Origin: Macrostomum lignano
Lineage: Eukaryota
NCBI GenBank assembly: GCA_002269645.1
Contig: NIVC01002564.1
Location: 1 to 64,000, forward strand
Length of the DNA stretch: 64,000 nucleotides
Direction of reading: 5' to 3'
The notes beneath the pieces are model-generated. The model did no database searches and was not told the origin of the DNA. It worked only from the letters and a program-made list of their open reading frames with translations. The translations under genes and the position numbers were made by a program. Position 1 is the stretch's first letter; every line of letters starts with the position of its first letter. This document shows positions 59,369 to 64,000 of this stretch, piece by piece.

Positions 59369-59460
59369 CCGGTGCCAAAACCCAACCCGAACGCCTACCA
59401 CGAACTCGGTGCCAAAACCCTACCCGAACGCCTACCACGAACTCGGTGCCAAAACCCTAC
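59369..59460 (+). repeat. ~38-bp direct repeat x 2.5 (CGGTGCCAAAACCCTACCCGAACGCCTACCACGAACT)
   Basis: Direct inspection. Confidence 0.85.
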
Positions 59461-60266
59461 TCTTTAGCGATTCTTGTCACGGTATCGTTTTCAACGGTGT
59501 GTACATTAGAACCCCACATTAGAATTGTACATTAGAAAGTCAGAGGGTCGCTGTACACGCTGTGTGAGCTTGTGTATTGGCGCGCTTGTCTGTGCCCGGG
59601 AGTCAGTGGAATGGGCAAGAATTGCCTCAGTGCTGGTTGCGGGACCATGTCGCTGAAGGTGTTGCGCCAGGGTACCCGAAACCCGATGAATATGCCTGCC
59701 TGTAGACAAAAAAGTAGGAGAAAGTCTTATGACCACGCAGTACAGTGCGTGCATCCAATTGTATTAGCTTTAAACTGCATCAAATTAGGTTAGTAAAATT
59801 CAACTTTTGTTTTTAGCTTACTAAAAATGTTGGCCCTATTGGCATTTTTGCCATTTTTTCCATGGTTTCAATTCTTCGAAACATTATTTTCCAAAACCTG
59901 ATGACATGATGAGATTTTTGGTCGAAATGCTGTAAATCCGAAAGCATGTATTAGGCACTTTTGAAAGCCACCGTTGACTACTAAAAACATTTAGTAGTAT
60001 TTGAAACTTGAAAGCATCATCATCAATGATTTCTAATAAAACAATGACAGGAGATTGTACTGTGGGGCCACTGGTGACATCATCCCACAACCAGCGATAG
60101 GTGAGGCGATTCTGCCCATTTCGCTGACTCCCGCACTCATACACACGCTCACACAGGGTGATGTCGAAGCTCAAGAAAACTGTTAAACTTTTTAGGATAT
60201 TCCGATTAAAATCGCACAAAACACTTTTTGTTTTTTATAGAAGCGTTTATTTTCCTTAATAGTTGA

Positions 60267-60698
60267 TCAGATCTTCGGACACTCGCCCTCATGCTTAACC
60301 TCAACCCCGGCAAGTCTAGCGTAGCATTCATTTGAGTAAGTACTCTCATCGACACCGCACACTGGCTGATAGACGTCCGGGCACTGTTCAACGGCACACT
60401 CGCCAACATGTTGAATTTCAACTCCGGCTGACTTAGCAAAGCAATCATTTGGATACGTTTTGCCGTCCGATCCGCATACGGGCCGATAGATATTCAAACA
60501 CAATGAAATGCAAGGACCATTGTGACGAATTTCAACTCCGGCTAGTTCTGCATAGCAAGAATTCGGATAAGTGTTGTCATCGACCCCGCAAACTGGACGA
60601 TATTCTTCAGTGCACAGGTTTGGCAAAGCAAAAGTACAGCTTACTATGGCAAGAATCGCGCAGAACGCACAGACAAAAGAAGCGACACTTGAAGACAT
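60267..60698 (-). CDS. Secreted Kazal-type serine protease inhibitor: signal peptide plus three 4-Cys domains, intronless
   Basis: Three repeats of C-x7(PV)-CG-x-D-x2-TY-x-N-x-C-x14-C, preceded by a hydrophobic signal peptide. Confidence 0.95.
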   Translation of the reverse strand: MSSSVASFVCAFCAILAIVSCTFALPNLCTEEYRPVCGVDDNTYPNSCYAELAGVEIRHNGPCISLCLNIYRPVCGSDGKTYPNDCFAKSAGVEIQHVGECAVEQCPDVYQPVCGVDESTYSNECYARLAGVEVKHEGECPKI

Positions 60699-61047
60699 GT
60701 TAACTTGCTGTTCTTTGTTTATTCGCCGAATTCGTTATAGGCATAAAATAAGTCGAAGGAATACCAAATCACGTTTTTATACAACTCAGTATATGGCAAT
60801 TTTTTCTCAGTAGCATTTTCTCAGCTTTATCAATCGCAGAAAACACACGTGGAAATTGCGTTGCCAATCTGTGTCCGTCACACCAGCTGGGCAAAGAAAG
60901 CGTGTTGAAACCGTGTCGGTGTTCTTGACAGACCATGCCGTAGCATAACAGCAAAACAACACAGGTTTTTTCACATTATCACACATTTCTGATACGAGCT
61001 AACATAATGGCCTATCGCGTTAAAGTACCCGATTATTGCTCACGAAA

Positions 61048-61278
61048 ATTGACTGCCAGTGACATTTGACTGTCAGCGACATTTGACTGTCAGTGACATT
61101 AGATTGTCAGTGACATTAGACTGTCAGTGACATTTGACTGTCAGTGAATTTTGATTTCCAGTGACATTTGATTTCCAGTGACATTTGATTGTCAGTGACA
61201 TTTGACTTCCAGTGACATTTGACTGTCAGTGACTTTTGACTGTCAGTGACATTTGACTTCCAGTGACATTTGACTGTC
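61048..61278 (+). repeat. Second (CAGTGACATTTGACTGT)n array, same family as 53214-53820
   Basis: Shared GTGACATTTGAC core. Confidence 0.9.
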
Positions 61279-62199
61279 GACCCGAATCCTAAATATAACC
61301 TTCCCCAAGACACAGTGTACACAGCCTTGGAATGGGAATGACTTGTTACTTCTTCGCTAGATGTGAGGGTTTGAGCAGTGCTCAAAGTCATCTATGGAAC
61401 AAACTTTTTAAAGTACTATACTACCGCTACAGGAAAAAATCTATAAATGAATAGCAAAGACAAAAAACATGAAACAAGAAAATCAAAATCAATCAGTTTT
61501 AAAGCATTTTATATTTATTTACAATTACTACACAAGCGTCATCTGTTAATATAGTAATTATTATTAGGTAAATTATAATTAATTATACATAATAATTATG
61601 TATAATGTATATGCAAAAATACCGGTCTAGACAATTAACGAGACAAGGACAGTCCACTGGCACTATAGTAATTTTACAATACACGTTTGGTTTATGAATT
61701 ATGAATAGCATTTATAATCGTATTATCATATGAAATTTGTTAGATTATTACAAAAAATCAAATTATGCAATTAAGGCACGCTAAATAATAGGATCAACTT
61801 ATTATTCGAAATCTACCAATTGAATAAGCCATAAGATTAATTGAACTTTGGATAAATATTTAAACAGATTCACAAAATTGTCATTTAACAGAACTTCTGG
61901 AATTAAAGTACAAGTTTAAGATTACGATAAAGTGAAATAATTAAACTTAAACCGAAAAAACGTTTGCGTGCAAGTGAGGCATTATTTCAATTTAGAAATG
62001 ATTATCAAATTTATTAAAGATTTAACAACTTCATTAATCAAAACATTGATAGGAAGACGGATTGAAGGAAAAAATGCAAAGAAAAAGTCGATAGAAAATA
62101 GTTTTACTGTCAAACATTTTGTACTTTATGTAATACAAAAGCGCACCTTCAAGCATTAACTGGCCATAAATCTCTTGTAGTCCTGGAATCCGCATCCCC

Positions 62200-64000
62200 G
62201 CCCTCTTCTCAGTATCATTGAATCCGCCTCTCCGCCCCCTTCTCAGCATCATTGAATCCGCCACTCCGCCCCCTTCTCAGTATCCTTGAATCCGCCTCTC
62301 CGCCTTATTCTCAGTATCCTTGAATCCGCCTCTCCGCCCCTTCTCAGTATCCTTGAATCCGCCTCTCCGCCCCCTTCTCAGTATCCTTGAATCCTCTTAT
62401 CCACCCCCTTCTCAGTATCCTTGAATCCGCCTTTCCGCCCCCTTCTCAGTATCATTGAATCCGCCTCTCCGCCCCCTTCTCAGCATCCTTGAATCCGCCT
62501 CTCCGCCCCTTCTCAGTATCATTGAATCCGCCTTTCCGCCCCCTTCTCAGCATCCTTGAATCCACCTCTCCGCCCCTTCTCAGCATCCTTGAATCCGCCT
62601 CTCCGCCCCTTCTCAGTATCATTGAATCCGCCTCTCCGCCCCCTTCTCAGCATCCTTGAATCCGCCTCTCCGCCCCCTTCTCAGCATCCTTGAATCCGCC
62701 TCTCCGCCCCTTCTCAGTATCATTGAATCCGCCTCTCCGCCCCTTCTCAGTATCATTGAATCCGCCTTTCCGCCCCCTTCTCAGCATCCTTGAATCCGCC
62801 TCTCCGCCCCTTCTCAGTATCATTGAATCCGCCTTTCCGCCCCCTTCTCAGCATCCTTGAATCCGCCTCTCCGCCCCTTCTCAGCATCATTGAATCCGCC
62901 TCTCCGCCCCTTCTCAGTATCATTGAATCCGCCTCTCCGCCCCCTTCTCAGCATCCTTGAATCCGCCTCTCCGCCCCCTTCTCAGCATCCTTGAATCCGC
63001 CTCTCCGCCCCTTCTCAGTATCATTGAATCCGCCTCTCCGCCCCTTCTCAGTATCATTGAATCCGCCTTTCCGCCCCCTTCTCAGCATCCTTGAATCCGC
63101 CTCTCCGCCCCTTCTCAGTATCATTGAATCCGCCTTTCCGCCCCCTTCTCAGTATCATTGAATCCGCCTCTCCGCCCCCTTCTCAGCATCCTTGAATCCG
63201 CCTCTCCGCCCCTTCTCAGTATCATTGAATCCGCCTTTCCGCCCCCTTCTTAGCATCCTTGAATCCACCTCTCCGCCCCTTCTCAGCATCATTGAATCCG
63301 CCTCTCCGCCCCTTCTCAGTATCATTGAATCCGCCTCTCCGCCTCCTTCTCAGCATCCTTGAATCCGCCTCTCCGCCCCCTTCTCAGCATCCTTGAATCC
63401 GCCTCTCCGCCCCTTCTCAGTATCATTGAATCCGCCTCTCCGCCCCTTCTCAGTATCATTGAATCCGCCTTTCCGCCCCCTTCTCAGCATCCTTGAATCC
63501 GCCTCTCCGCCCCTTCTCAGTATCATTGAATCCGCCTTTCCGCCCCCTTCTCAGTATCATTGAATCCGCCTTTCCGCCCCCTTCTCAGTATCATTGAATC
63601 CGCCTTTCCGCCCCCTTCTCAGTATCATTGAATCCGCCTTTCCGCCTTATTCTCAGTATCCTTGAATCCGCCTCTCCGCCTTATTCTCAGCATCCTTGAA
63701 TCCGCCTCTCCGCCTTATTCTCAGTATCCTTGAATCCGCCTCTCCGCCTTATTCTCAGTATCCTTGAATCCGCCTCTCCGCCTTATTCTCAGTATCCTTG
63801 AATCCGCCTCTCCGCCCCCTTCTCAGTATCATTGAATCCGCCTCTCCGCCTCCTTCTCAGTATCCTTGAATCCGCCTCTCCGCCCCCTTCTCAGCATCAT
63901 TGAATCCGCCTCTCCGCCCCCTTCTCAGTATCCTTGAATCCGCCTTTCCGCCCCCTTCTCAGTATCCTTGAATCGGCCTCTCCGCCCCCTTCTCAGTATC
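62200..64000 (+). repeat. 33-34-bp minisatellite (TTCTCAGYATCMTTGAATCCGCCTCTCCGCCCC)n, running off the window end
   Basis: More than 50 units. Confidence 0.97.

Overview
Eukaryotic, intron-rich and extremely tandem-repeat-rich window. Composition and gene style suggest a flatworm such as Macrostomum, but this is inference only. Most long ORFs in the supplied track are translations of micro/minisatellites. The real coding content must be spliced together. (1) A 21-exon, ~32-kb, + strand still life/TIAM-family Rac GEF (8730-40612, ~1,780 aa): MGNK N-terminus, EVH1/WH1, PH, CC-Ex, RBD, PDZ, DH, PH. All junctions are frame-consistent except exon 12/13. (2) An unrecognised intronless 465-aa acidic/Gln-rich ORF (+). 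(3) Five consecutive minus-strand genes, in transcription order: a secreted 3-domain atypical Kazal inhibitor, an MS4A/CD20-like tetraspan protein, RIC-3, RWDD2 and TMEM187. RIC-3, RWDD2 and TMEM187 each have a clear 3' splice acceptor just upstream of the ATG, a candidate trans-spliced operon. Most large introns and intergenic gaps carry their own private satellite. Also present: a complete tRNA-derived CORE-type SINE with a 9-bp TSD, MITE- and Helentron-like remnants, and a degenerate E-box-bearing repeat that appears to be copied from the last codons of RWDD2. No rRNA, functional tRNA or CRISPR array was seen.
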